Shown here: piece after piece, positions 50,041-64,000 of the stretch
How the letters are laid out: each line of letters begins with the position of its first letter
How positions within the stretch are numbered: position 1 is the first letter of the stretch
Source of the DNA: Octopus sinensis
Lineage: Eukaryota
DNA length: 64,000 nucleotides
Direction of reading: 5' to 3'
NCBI RefSeq assembly: GCF_006345805.1
Contig: NW_021833302.1
Location: 1 to 64,000, forward strand
The notes under the pieces: generated by a model
What the model was told of the DNA's origin: nothing
The model's database searches: none
The model's input: only the letters and a program-made list of their open reading frames with translations
Translations under genes and position numbers: made by a program

Positions 50041-50363
50041 TTGAGCTCAGTCAAAAGTTTTGTAAAACTTTGCTTATTTGCTTTATTTGTCAAATTACAA
50101 CGCAAGCAGCCATGTTCTGATCCATGGCACACTTCTTGCGCTTGTGAGTGTTTTTGAACCAAACGGAGGTAAAAGCTCCCGTGAAAGAGTTCTTTGCTTC
50201 AAATGACAAGAACTGGAATCAGCATGGGATCGAAGAACTGGCAGAAAGGTGGCTTTAGACAATGCAACATGATGGCCATACTTTGAATGCTAGGCTACGT
50301 TTGTTATAACTTGATGAATAAAGCTAAGTTCCAAAGTATTGCAAAACATTTGACTAAACACTG
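50041..50363 (+). mobile_element. Internally deleted mariner (MITE-like) with ~55-bp TIRs
   Basis: Left ctcagtcaaaagttttgtaaaacttt versus reverse complement of right tttagtcaaatgttttgcaatacttt; internal EVKAPVKEFFASNDKNWNQHGIEELAERW resembles a mariner C-terminus. Confidence 0.72.
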
Positions 50364-50364
50364 T

Positions 50365-50406
<42 letters not shown>

Positions 50407-51409
50407 ACAGGCAAACAATATAGAATCATTGTAACATTGTGGAAGCCATAGTAAATAGAATAATAACTCGTGAACTATAAGCAAGTAACGTACAAAAAGA
50501 GAGTTCTTATAAAAACAATAGTCGTAAAAAACGATGTTTAACATACAATGACCTACTAGATTATGATATTAAGATGTACCAGAGATGACCGACTGTACAT
50601 AAATCTTGAAAATATACAAAATTCGCAAGGAAATGCAGGTGAACCAAAAAAATTCTAAACTGCGGTCATATAAGTTTAGCATTAAAATGGTGACACAGTA
50701 ATGATTGACGGCTTCATTTGTGCAATGAAGTATAATGTCCATATGGTGGCAAGAAATGAAAAGGTCTAAAGAGGCGTCTCTGTGTTACAATTACAAATAT
50801 AGAAGAAACTGACAAAGATTTATGCGATGATCAGTGAACACATGCTACTGACCAACCTCAAAAACGCTGAAATACGAGTCTAGCATTCTCACCGACGTTG
50901 CCGGATGATTTTCGTGTGGTTCTTATATATTTTTGTTTTTAAACTTAATGAGTCCATAAGAGATTCTATCTCCGAACTAATAACGCAGTTAATTTGCCTT
51001 TCGTGAGTAGTTGACATTAAGTATGATAAACAATAATCCAAACAACAACATAGACATGTCCATCAGCACGAGTACGTTATGATACGCTTCCTTGCTTGCT
51101 AAGTTATCCCTTTTCATATAATCCATTTTAATATGCAGCTGGAATTAGAAATATGATACTTCTACTCGGTTAAACGGGTCGATTCTTTCTTGTGGTATTG
51201 TATGAGAGGTAATATCCTGGCAGTAGTGGTCAAAGAAGGACAGATGGCAAAGAAGTATGAAAAGACGTTTTCGTTTATTAGCCGAGTGCCCCGCTTCCGC
51301 CATCGTTGTCGTTTTCAACTTCACAATCACCATTATCTCCCTCCCCTCCTCTCTCTCTCGTTATATATAGTTAGTGTAAGTGTGTACATACAACCCCACC
51401 ATATATTTA

Positions 51410-51430
51410 GATAGGTAGATAGATAGACAA

Positions 51431-51495
<65 letters not shown>

Positions 51496-51510
51496 TATAT
51501 ATATATATAT

Positions 51511-51609
<99 letters not shown>

Positions 51610-51612
51610 GAT
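51410..51612. repeat. (GATA)n/(GACA)n/(TA)n compound microsatellite
   Basis: Direct inspection. Confidence 0.95.
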
Positions 51613-51614
51613 GC

Positions 51615-52440
51615 ACGAGGTTCATTCCAGTAGTTATGAGACCATTTTTAAGAATGGCAGTTATAAATCTCCTAGATTATTGTAATCTTAACATATCATT
51701 ACTATATATATAACAAGCTGACCTGGAAACATTGGTTATTTCACATCGAAGGAGGTAGTTGCAGCAGCTGTTTGAAAGATTCTACTAAACACTACTTGTT
51801 ACATCTGACTAACAAGTAAAATACAGTTGGGACGTTTATAAACTAGCTACAAAATAAAATTTTGTATTAAACTGGGAAACAAAACCACAGCAACTTATAA
51901 AATGCTCTAGATTGCTTATGGATCAATTGTTTGCTGTCATAAGAGTCTGGGAGATATTGAGAGATTTGGGAAGAAAGGGAACGTCAGAAAATCAGAGCTA
52001 GTGGTGTAAATTTGCAATTTTCTTGATGAAGACCTTCTTATGCATATAAAGACAATAGGTATGCAGTTTGGTTTTGGCGTGACAACTCTACACAGAATTA
52101 ATACATAAACAAATGAATAAGTGCAAGATTTGTGCAAGCTTTTTATCCCAGACAACTTAGTGTTGAACATCCATTCTTCTAACCAACTATTTGACAGAGA
52201 TGAGCATCAAAGCTGCCTCTCACCCTCCATACAGTCTAGACCTTGCTCCTTGTGACCCTTAGCTGTTCCCCAAACACATGAGCAGTGGTTTTGAAGACAC
52301 TGAGAAGATGGAAGGTTTGACAAGGTCCTTTCACATCTATCCTTAATTTGGAGAACTTCCACGAGGTCACCAGAAAATGCCTGGAGCGTTACGATTGCAC
52401 TGAAGCCAGAGGATCCAATTTTGAAGGAGAATAGAATCTT
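51615..52440 (+). pseudogene. Decayed mariner transposase
   Basis: FCIKLGNKTTATYKML*IAYG (N-terminal helix-turn-helix) and PYSLDLAPCD (YSPDLAP motif); deleted and frameshifted. Confidence 0.75.
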
Positions 52441-52546
52441 GTAATTGTAATTAACAAATGTCTACATAGAGAAATTCTTAAAACTTCTGGAATGCTCCTC
52501 GTACAGAAATATGTCCATAAATCTCTCTCTCCCTTCCCATTCATTT

Positions 52547-52644
<98 letters not shown>

Positions 52645-52878
52645 ATATATGTATATATAATATATATTATATGTATATATATATAATATATACATATGAA
52701 TATATATGTTAATATGTATGTACGTATGTACGCGTACACATTAATGCAAACACTCACTGATATATGCATGTATAAATACATACTTATTTACATGAGCACG
52801 CCCATATACGTATATATGCAAATGTCTATGTATATGAGTGTTTGTGAATTGATAATATACACGTATACTATATCAAAA

Positions 52879-52915
<37 letters not shown>

Positions 52916-53838
52916 TATGAATATATATGTATATATATGTATATATATGTATATACATACATATATATATGAGTATATGTGTATATATAAGTATATATAT
53001 ATTCATATGTATGTATATATATATATATTATATATATATATATTTGCATACAGATACATACATAAATGTGCAACCGTAAACAGTCTTATACAGACGTATA
53101 CATAAATATATCCTACTCAAATTCCATTAGTTAACCAGCGATTCTCCTGATATATTCATTTTAAGTTTAGGTAATCCGCTTAATTAAAATGTCTGAAAAT
53201 ATTTTGAATATCAGATTAAGAATGGAAACATACAGTAATTAGAAAAAAATGAACATATTTATAGCTGTCGGATGCTAGATATTATTTGAACATTTACTTA
53301 CGTGGCGTATTCATAAATATATTTAGCTGTAGAAACGTATATAAATATGCAATGCGTCTGCATAAAGATGAAAGTACATTTATATTCATGTATTCATATA
53401 TGGTTATAAGCTGAAAAGAAAAACTCAAGTCTCATTGCTTATAAAAATAATGAAGACTTCTGAGTATTCTATACGAATATATTTCTTCTTCCTTGAAAAC
53501 ACGCCACAAACACGCACACATGTATGTAATATGTATATACAAGCAATTATATTTATGTGTTTGTAACACCATAACACGCACATATATGAAGGTATGAGCA
53601 TACACACACACATTCACACAACACACACATACATACTTACATACATACTTACATACAACATACATACACCATATATACAGAATAATGTTTGTTTTTATGT
53701 TCAGTTATAATGAAAAGTATTTTACATTTCTCTCAAGGCTTACTCTATATTTTTGTAGAGTACAGAATTACTATTCTATAACAAGAATATTATTTACAGT
53801 GACTTCGAAGTTTCTAACTATAAGCCAAACATCGGCCT

Positions 53839-53895
<57 letters not shown>

Positions 53896-54178
53896 ATATT
53901 ATATATTATATATATATATATATATTATGATGATGTATATGTTTATATATATATATATATAATATATATATATATCTATAATATATATAATATATATTAT
54001 ATATATATATATATATATACATAATAAATACAATAAGAGGCTTCCAAATAGGAAAGTGTTGTGCTAGAAAGAGCAGTAGAAATCTCAAAAACCACAAAAA
54101 AGGATAAATTCTCGAAAGGAATGAAAATTAAAAACGTCTACCATCTCAATTATTTTAAATATATATATATATATATAG

Positions 54179-54240
<62 letters not shown>

Positions 54241-54664
54241 GCGTATAATATGGAATATGGATATGGAGTAAATGTAAGATAAGCAAGGCGGGCAAGTCGA
54301 CATACAAAAATTATTAAATACATTTAACACAAAAAATATGTACATATGTTTACATACAAGAAGGTTCGACTTATACATAATAGAAATGATATCAAGAATG
54401 AAATTTTAAAAATTACTTTGGAACAACAAGTCCCCAGAAACAGCTGTTGGACTCGTAAAGTTCCTTTTCAACCCCTTTAAATCCTGATATCATTTGTATT
54501 CTGTAGATTTTTGTATTAAATGTATTTAATATTTTTTTCTGTATTGACTTGCCTAACTTGCTTAACTTACGTTACTCATCTACCTGTTAAGTGTAAAACT
54601 CTTGTGCACTACAAAGTGCATTCTATACAGAGAATATCTGTCTTTCATCTATCTTCTATCTATA

Positions 54665-54723
<59 letters not shown>

Positions 54724-54796
54724 ATATCTATCTATCTATCTATCCATCTATATATATTATATATATATATATATTATATATATATATATATATATA

Positions 54797-55140
54797 TCTG
54801 CCGAAAAGGATTGTTTCCACCCCTGCTGATAAGTTTGTTTTTGTCTCATTTTGTCTAAAAGTCGTAAGACAACCCGTTGTTATCCTGTTTTTAAACCATT
54901 ACTGTTTTCAATTTTGTTTTCGTTTCTTGTATTTATATTCGTCTCTGTTGCTTTACATTCTTTCCTTCTACCAAGAATCTAATGCCCACAGCTTAGTTTT
55001 TTCCTTGGGGCTGGCCGAGTTGGAGCAAATATCAGAATTGATCAGCCGAAATTTGCCATGATGATTCGGTTTCTGACTGAAGATTGAAGGCTTCGAATGA
55101 CTTGTCTGTTTTCCGTTTTCGTCCCTTCGTGTATTTCACT
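54797..55140 (+). mobile_element. Interspersed repeat resembling a PLE UTR with degenerate hammerhead words
   Basis: ccgaaa...ctgataa near the start and ctgaagattgaaggcttcgaatgacttgtc near the end. Confidence 0.35.
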
Positions 55141-55163
55141 TTCTTTATATATAAATGTTTATT

Positions 55164-55214
<51 letters not shown>

Positions 55215-55262
55215 TATATATACATACATATATATATATACCTATCTATCTACTATCTATCT

Positions 55263-55295
<33 letters not shown>

Positions 55296-56244
55296 ATCTA
55301 TCATCTATCTTCTATCTATCTATAGAAAGATAGATAGATACATGTGTGTATGTATGTATATATGTGTAGATGGATGGATCTATAAATGGATGTATGTGTC
55401 AGTGCGTGCATCTGTATGCTCACATACTTGTGTGTACCCACGTTATGCCTATTTCTACTCGTGTTATTACATGAACACAGTGTAGCCTACGCGGCTATCA
55501 AGTTCACTAGTCACCCAAAGTTATCCCTAGAAAGTGGCGCTCACATCGCGGAAGGACATTGTGATTGACATTTTTACCTCTGCCGATCTTGTCTTATTCG
55601 ATATAATTCGAAGGAGCAAAAGATCTCTAAGCATTCAAATGTTACCTAGCTGAATTCATCGAGCAATAACAATTTCTCTACACCTGGTTATATCGTGGTA
55701 AACAATAATTTCATACTTGAGTAGACTACGATGTGCTAAATGATAGCTTAAAGCTTAACCCCAAGTGGAGCAATTAAGTTAAAGCAATAAGGGCCAAAGC
55801 TAAGTAATGGCAAGCGTGCGTAATTGAGAATATCTGAATCCGTATGCAATTGTCTTTGCATGTGTGTGTTTCCACACACACACGCGTGCACAAACATATA
55901 TGCTCATTCATATAGATACATGTTTGGCCAAATGTCAGCCCACAGTAAATCAAGCGTCCATAAATACTTGATACTCAATTTCATTTATTCATCCCAATTC
56001 TGAATATTTAATAATTAAATGATGTCGATTAAAATCACCGTTCGTTTTTCAACATTTATCTATTCATTATTGAAGTCTCATATAAAATAATTCTTTTTTT
56101 TTGTTTTATTCTTAGAATTAAATGGTTTTGATTTATTATGACGCTATATATATATTATATATATATATATGTAGGTCCGGTTTGATCCGGGGTTAACCAC
56201 AGTAAGTAAGGTACTCAATACATAGCAGAGTAAAATTAATTTAT

Positions 56245-56464
56245 TATAGAAGGAGCTTCTACAGGACTAGTACTGTTTCATTCAAGAGAAATCTCAGGAA
56301 GCTATTTAACAAGAATTGTATTAGCATTTATACATTTAGGCAGGTTTAGGAGTGGTGGTGGTGGGGACTTTTTTGGGGGTAGGCATAGCGCAAAATATCA
56401 TACTTGGGGGAGTGGTCAAGGAGTCAGTGGTAAGTTAGATGAAAGAATAGATAAATAAAAAAAT

Positions 56465-56499
<35 letters not shown>

Positions 56500-56649
56500 A
56501 TATAAAAGATAAAAAAAATAAAAAAATAAAAAAATAAAAAAAAATAAAAAAATAAAATGTGTGCACATACATACATAAACACATATACATACACCACACA
56601 TACGTACACATGTGTGCCTATACATACCTACACATACACACATACATAC

Positions 56650-56687
<38 letters not shown>

Positions 56688-57011
56688 ACATCAAAATACA
56701 GGCCCATTCCCTGATTTTAATTTTATTATCTTCATTTATTACTTTTTGTTATCTTTGATCGCTAGGGCTAAGGATCCTGGCGATGGCAGCATGTCCAATT
56801 GTCTGTCTACTAGAAGGCAAGTACTCGTTCCCGCACGCACACTCATTAGCACGTACATACACCCATTCGCACACTCATACACATACACGTACGCACGCGT
56901 TATATTCATACGTACAAACATCTACATACGTTCACTATATACACATACGTACTCGTACCTACAGATTCATGTCTACACTTTAGGAGGCTAGTCTATATAT
57001 ATACACAAATA

Positions 57012-57055
<44 letters not shown>

Positions 57056-57161
57056 TATACACATACACACACACACACACATATATATACTCCTACATAC
57101 AGATACATACCCCATATATATATACATATACACACACATACATATATACATATATATATAT

Positions 57162-57199
<38 letters not shown>

Positions 57200-57430
57200 C
57201 ATACATACACAACACACACATATATATATACACACACATACATACACATATATATACATACACAAACATATATACACACATAGATATATATACATATATA
57301 CACACACATACATACACACACCTACATACATATACACACAAACACATACATACGTAAACATACCATACATACATCCATACATCCATACTTACATGCATTT
57401 ATACGCATACATACACCCCCATCTATATAT

Positions 57431-57501
<71 letters not shown>

Positions 57502-58005
57502 CACTCCCACCACGTATACAAATATACGCCCACACATACTACATACGTATACGCATACCACGCACATACACATATACATGCGTACCCATACACGTGCACA
57601 CCGCACATGCATCCATATATATACACACACACACACATATATACACGTGTGTAAGCATACATACATACTCATACACGCACACATACTTACATATACATAT
57701 ATGCACACACTTACACACATATATATATACACACTGTTATGTGTATGTATGCATATATGTATGTATGCATGTATATGTGTATTTATATAGTTTGTAAGTG
57801 TGTGCATATATGTATATGTAAGTATGTGTGCGTGTATGAGTATGTGTATGTATGCTTACACACGTGTATATGTGTGTGTGTTGTGTTATATATGGATGCA
57901 TGTGCGTGTGTGCACGTGTATGGGTACGCATGTATATGTGTATGTGCGTGTATGCGTATACGTGTATGTATGTATTGTGGGCGTATATTGTATATGTATG
58001 TGTGA

Positions 58006-58077
<72 letters not shown>

Positions 58078-58312
58078 GATATTATATTAGATGGGGTGTA
58101 TGTATGCGTATAAATGCAATGTAATTATGGATGTATGGATATGTATGTATGTTTACGTAGGTATGTGTTTATGTGTATATGTATGTTAGGTTTGTGTATA
58201 TATGTGTGTATATATGTAATATATATATGTGTGTGTATATATATTTGTGTAATGTGATATATATGTGTATGTATGTGTGGTATATGTATATATGTGTGTG
58301 GTGTATGTATGT

Positions 58313-58353
<41 letters not shown>

Positions 58354-58710
58354 ATGTATATATATATATATATGTATATTTATTGGTGTATATATATAGA
58401 CTAGCCTCCTAAAGTGTAGACATGAATCTGTAGGTACGAGTACGTATGTGTATATACGTGAACGTATGTAGATGTTTTGTACGTATGAATATAACGCGTG
58501 CGTACGTGTATGTGTATGAGTGTAGAATGGGTGTATGTACGTGCTAATGAGTGTGCGTGCGGGAACGAGTACTTGCCTTCTAGTACAGACAATTGGACAT
58601 GCTGCCATCGCCAGGATCCTTAGCCCTAGCGATCAAAGATAACAAAAGTAATAAATGAAGATAATAAAATTAAAAATCAGGGAATGGGCCTGTATTTGAT
58701 TGTGTTATAT

Positions 58711-58760
<50 letters not shown>

Positions 58761-59154
58761 GTATGTGTGGTATGTGTAGGTATGTATAGGCACACATGTG
58801 TACGTATGTGTGTGTGTATGTATATGTGTTTATGTATGTATGTGCACACATTTTATTTTATTTTTTTTTTTTATTTTTTAATTTTTTTTTTTTTTATATT
58901 TTATTTTTTATTTTTTATTTTTTATTTTTTATTTTATTTTTTTATTTATCTATTCTTTCATCTAACTTACCTCTGACTCCTTGACCACTCCCCCAAGTAT
59001 GATATTTTGCGCTATGCCTACCCCCAAAAAGTCCCCCACCACCACTCCTTTAAACCTGCCTAAATGTAAAATGCTAATACAATTCTTGTTAAATAGCTTC
59101 CTGAAGATTTCTCTTGAATGAAACAGTACTAGTCCTGTAGAAGCTCCTTCTATA
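56245..59154. repeat. ~2.9-kb inverted repeat (arms ~56245-57714 and ~57793-59154, ~78-bp spacer)
   Basis: Non-repetitive blocks are mirrored, e.g. ggcccattccctg...gatcgctagggctaaggatcctggcgatggcagc (56701-56790) versus 58595-58692, and 56245-56450 versus 58950-59154. Confidence 0.95.
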
Positions 59155-59155
59155 T

Positions 59156-59186
<31 letters not shown>

Positions 59187-59214
59187 AACATATCTCATTC
59201 TCTCTCTGTTACAC

Positions 59215-59700
<486 letters not shown>

Positions 59701-59834
59701 GTGTATATGTAGAGAGAGAGAGAGAGAGATACACACACATATAATATATATATAATATATATAATATATATATATATTAATATATATACATATACACATG
59801 TCCATATATATGTGTATATATGTACATGTGTGTG

Positions 59835-59890
<56 letters not shown>

Positions 59891-60042
59891 CAGCAAAAAT
59901 TAGATTCAAATGAAAACCTCTATTAATGGCTGATGATTGCCCAACATTTTAAAGCTGTTGTAATACTAACAACATTTAATAAAATGATGTAGCGTGAAAC
60001 GATCGTACCAAATTACCGAAGTTATTCTGGTTGCTTCTTTTG

Positions 60043-60075
<33 letters not shown>

Positions 60076-60154
60076 ATTGATTGATTCTAGTTTCAGCTTA
60101 TGAGCTGTGGCCATGCTGGGGCACCGCCATTTGGTGTTGCTACTTGGTTTCACT

Positions 60155-63153
60155 TCATGGAGGCTTTCTAGCAACTGCTATTTGGTGCATGAGAGAGTTC
60201 GATGCAGCTGCCCTCATCTGCCCCTCCTGCCTTGAAGTTGGTTCATCTGGGACACCTGACAGGAAGAGATCCAGCTTCATTTTAAGACATCGTATATCCA
60301 CCACCCATGCTGGTCTCTCAGGTTCTTCGGGAGGATATTGAAGAGCTGTGGGCCTCGGAAGCCCAGGCTATCACAGAATCTTGTCCTACATCTTGATGGC
60401 AGGTTTGGAGTCCTAGGCACCACGCAGTGGCGCCCAGTTCTGGCATTTGCGTAACTCTCGATGCCAAAGTTCAGGACACTTCCCTCCAGGATCTTCCAGA
60501 TGTATATTATGGCATATCTTCCCGCCTACGCTCCAGGGAATATAATTTTAAATCTCTTGAGTCTTCCAGTAGCTTACATTCTGCATAGAGGCTATCTTCT
60601 TTGTGTAGCTTCGTTGGATCGCCTCAAGTTCTGTGATCAACTTGACACTGGATGGTGACCATAGCTGAGAGCAATAGTCAAAGTGGCTTAGGACAATTGT
60701 CTTCCAGAGGACCATCATGGTTTCTTGTTCTCTTGTTCTAAAGGTTCTAAGAATCCATCCAGCCAGCCGTTTACATTTCATTGTCAGTTTAGCAACATGT
60801 ACATGAAAGGTCGCGTCATCACTCATGTGAATACCCCAGGTCACGCACTGATTGTGCCTCTGGGATTGCAATCCCTCCGGTCCAGTGTATTCATTGGGTA
60901 TTGCATTCAGTTTTGCATGCTGATAGTATAAAGCTGAAACTTTCCAGCATTGAACTGCATGCTATTCTTTTCAGCCCACTTGTATATTTCGTCCAGCTCA
61001 CATTGCAGGTGTTTAGTGTCCTCAGGGTTCTGTATTGCCTGTGAAGCTTTTGTATCATCTGCATAACTTGTGATCGTGGCTCTCTGCGTGGCTGAGGGCA
61101 TGTCTGAGAGGGCCATTATGAACAGTAGTGGTCCCAGAACAGTGCCCTGCGGAACACCGCTCACTATTTGTGTGTTAATGGAGGTGGCCCCATTGGCTAC
61201 TACCACCCACCTGACTTCTATCCTTCAGAAAGTCATGAAGCCATTCTCCCCAGTTTTCCAACTATGTTGAGATCACGCAGTTTGTGACATATCATTCCAT
61301 GATCGACTTTATCAAAGGCCTTTGCAAAGTCGAGATATATCACTTCCACATTTGAGTGGTTGAGCAGCCGTTTCAGCACCCAGTCATAGTGTTGTAGGAG
61401 CTGAGTTAAACAGCTTCTCCCTGGTCGGAAACATGTTGGGTGTCGGGCAGCAAGTCATTCTCTTCAAGGAAGGTGATCAGCTTCCTTCTGACTATTCGTT
61501 CCATGACCTTGCTGATGTGTGAGGTCAGAGAGATAGGTCTATAGTTCTTGGCTTCCGCTCTGCTACCGCCTTTATGAATGGGGCATATTTACCTTCCTTC
61601 AGTTTTCCTGGAAGTTTGCCAGCTGCAAGGAAGCTCTGAAAGAGGAACTGCAGTGGTCTTGCTGCTAGGACTCTCTTACATGCTTTTAGGAGGATTGCCG
61701 GGAATCCATCGGGGCCAGTAGCTGAGTCTGTTTTCATTTCATCTATAGCCTTGGTTACATCTCTTCCTTTATATCGATGTAATCTATCGTCGCCGCCTCT
61801 GATTTTATATCTGCAGTGGTAAAAAAAGTCAGTTGGATTGGTGATTTGGAGATGCCCAAGGGGTGGAGTGAAAACACTCTAGAATTGCTCATTCAGTATT
61901 TCACTTACCCTCATTGGTTTTCCTGTAAGTGTGCCATCCTTTTCGAGGAGTGGCCCTATTCTACAGTGCACTGTAGCTGTTTCTTTGGCTACCTGTAGAA
62001 AGCTCTGGGGTTAGATTTTATGTTTTCTATAGCCCAGGCTTCTTTGTCTGCTCTTTCTTTTTCATGGGAGAGTTGCAGACATTTTTCGATTCCAACAGTT
62101 TTATTTTTAGGCGGGACTTTTCACTGCTTTCAATCTGTTTGTTTAGGCGATTTGAAAATTTCGTACGCCGTCTCATTAAAGTTTTCCTCTCTCTGCGGAT
62201 TTTGTTCTTGTGTACAGTGGCCTTTCTCTCTGGGACACATTTGTAGCATATGGCTTGCATTACAGACATGAATTGTTGAAGTTTCACGTCGATGTCTGGC
62301 GAGGAGAGACATTTAGGCCAGTTTTGTTTGAGGATCTCTTTCTCAATTTGTTTCCAGTTTGCCTTATGGTAGTTCAAGCTGGAAAGATTTTGAGGGTTTC
62401 TTGTAGGCTGCATGTCCGTGCTCTCTTTTGGCCCGTACATGGTCAGCTCTATCATGTTGTAATCCGAGAGTAGTGTCGGTGTCACTTTCACATTATGGAT
62501 GAGATCCATGTCATTTGTGAAGCAGAGATCCAGTGTGTTACCTGCCCTGGTTGGTTGGAGTATTACCTGCTCCATGTACAGGGTGTTGATGAGGTTCAGG
62601 AGGGACCTCGCCTGTCCTCGTTCACATCTTGTTATTCCTGGGAGAGAGAGGCCCTCGGGCCATCTGACATTGGGCAGATTGAAGTCTCCCATAAGAAGCA
62701 CACCTATGTGTTGTTCTAATGTGGTTAGAATTTCTTCTATTTTTATAAGGCAGTCTTCAAACTTGCCCACATGGCTTGGGGCATCTGGAGGGCGATATGT
62801 AGCACACACAACTACATCAAGTTGCCTAATATGTACAATTAGTGTGTCACACACCGAGTTTGAGTATGACAAGAGGACCTGGGGTGTGAGGTCCTCACGG
62901 ATGTACATAGCAACACCTCCATGACTCCTTTCTTTCCTGTCGGTCCGTAGTACAAGCATACTGGTATGTGTAACTCCGCATCTGCTATGTCCGGTTTCAG
63001 GTGCGTTTCTGTAAGTGCTATGCATAAGGCTTGATTGCATGCAACAAAGTCTCTCAGGAACGGGATCTTTGTCCTGTTACTGAGTGTTTGCAGTCCTCTG
63101 ATGTTCAGTAGGAGTATCGAGGTGAGGTGTACGTTGTTGCCGGCGGTGTCCAT
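60155..63153 (-). pseudogene. LINE ORF2 (APE and RT), multiple frameshifts
   Basis: LLLNIRGL, ALTETHL, HGGVAMYIR, GDFNLP, NTLDLCFTN (APE); SATGPDG, NYRPISLTS, YLDFAKAFDKVDH, SGVPQGTVLGPLLF, SYADDTK (RT); LYSLERRR C-terminal region. Confidence 0.9.
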
Positions 63154-63998
63154 CCTGTGTCTGTTTGCTGTGGTGGTCTGGTATATAGTGGGTAGTCCCA
63201 CCTGCGGGCTTGGGCTTGATGAAGCCAGGTCAGCTGCTGTACAATCTTTTGTGCCATGCACAAAAAAGTTTGTTGCTCAGCAGCTGCTCTTTCGACAACA
63301 TCATGTTGGCTGTTTGTGGCGCGCACAACATCTGCGTACCTCCGCTTTGGGGCAGGTGGTGCGTAGTCCATCCCTTTTCTTTGTGTTGATGGTTTGTCCA
63401 TCTGCCTCGTGTCTCTGTGGCAGGGTCCCCGATGTGCAAAGCGGCAGCCTGCACCTTCCTTTCCGTGCCAGCAGGAACCTCTCAGGTAGAACATACACAC
63501 CCTGTGCGCTGTTTGGTTCCATCCTTTGCGGTTCCACTTCTACTCCTGTTTGTTTCTCTCTCTTGGTCCTGCTTGAGCTTTTTCTTTTCCTTTAGCTCTT
63601 CCAGTCCTTCTTTTAGTTCTTCTTCCTCCCTCTACCTCTTCACTGGGTTCTCCGTCTCCATGGCCCTTGCTGCCGGTTGGAGAACTTGCACCTGGGTTCA
63701 CTTCCCGGGCAGGTTTCTCATTCAAAACCTCCTCCTGGGCGTCCACCAGGTGGGGGTGACTTCTTTCATCGTCTCCATTCTTGCCATCTTTGCCCCGCTC
63801 GTTCTCAAAGATGGCATCAAGTGCGCCAATGTGCGACCGTACAAGCTCATATGAGCGCACGAATTCCTGTCTCTTTCGCTCCATCTGAGCCGCTGTCCTC
63901 TTGTAGCCCCTGCTCTTCAGCGCAGCCGCAATCACCTCGCTAGGGCTATCTCCGCCGGCGCACTCCCATGCTCGTACGAATAAATCCAGCTCGTCACG
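63105..63998 (-). pseudogene. LINE ORF1 with Myb/SANT-like segment and CCCH zinc finger; one in-frame TAG at 63540-63542; 5'-incomplete
   Basis: Single frame: RDELDLFVRAW...EVIAAALKSRGYKRTAAQMERKRQEFVRSY...RNKQE*KWNR...CMFYLRGSCWHGKEGAGCRFAH...PRYSY*. Confidence 0.7.
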
Positions 63999-64000
63999 TC

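Larger units (their letters stand above)
60072..64000 (-). mobile_element. CR1/L2-group non-LTR retrotransposon (5' end beyond the window), (TCAA)n tail
   Basis: ORF1, APE/RT ORF2, and a short 3' UTR ending ctgaaactagaa-tcaatcaatcaat. Confidence 0.92.

Noticed and set aside
57715-57792. Sequencing adapter at the palindrome centre
   Set aside because: The spacer is ordinary TA/TG microsatellite-like sequence. This does not exclude a fold-back chimera.

Overview
Eukaryotic, gene-poor, extremely microsatellite-rich DNA. The SINE families and repeat style point to a coleoid cephalopod (Octopus-like; inference). Frequent 1-bp homopolymer deletions suggest an imperfectly polished long-read assembly. 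No host protein-coding gene could be identified. Main contents: a ~16-copy 198-bp tandem array (5.3-8.4 kb); a young Tx1/L1-clade LINE (CCHC ORF1 remnant, APE-RT-zinc finger ORF2) inside a compound (TATC)n minisatellite, followed by a duplicate of its 3' end (10.0-16.3 kb); a CR1/L2-group LINE on the minus strand (60-64 kb, running off the window) whose ORF1 carries a Myb/SANT-like plus CCCH module and whose 3' tail matches the commonest SINE here; two Penelope-like (GIY-YIG) remnants and several hammerhead-ribozyme-like motifs; a ~2.9-kb near-perfect palindrome (56.2-59.2 kb); an R4/Dong-like RLE LINE remnant and (AAT)n-flanked insertions; four Tc1/mariner relics; and more than 20 tRNA-derived SINE copies from about four modular families. 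Most long ORFs in the supplied track are microsatellite translations.
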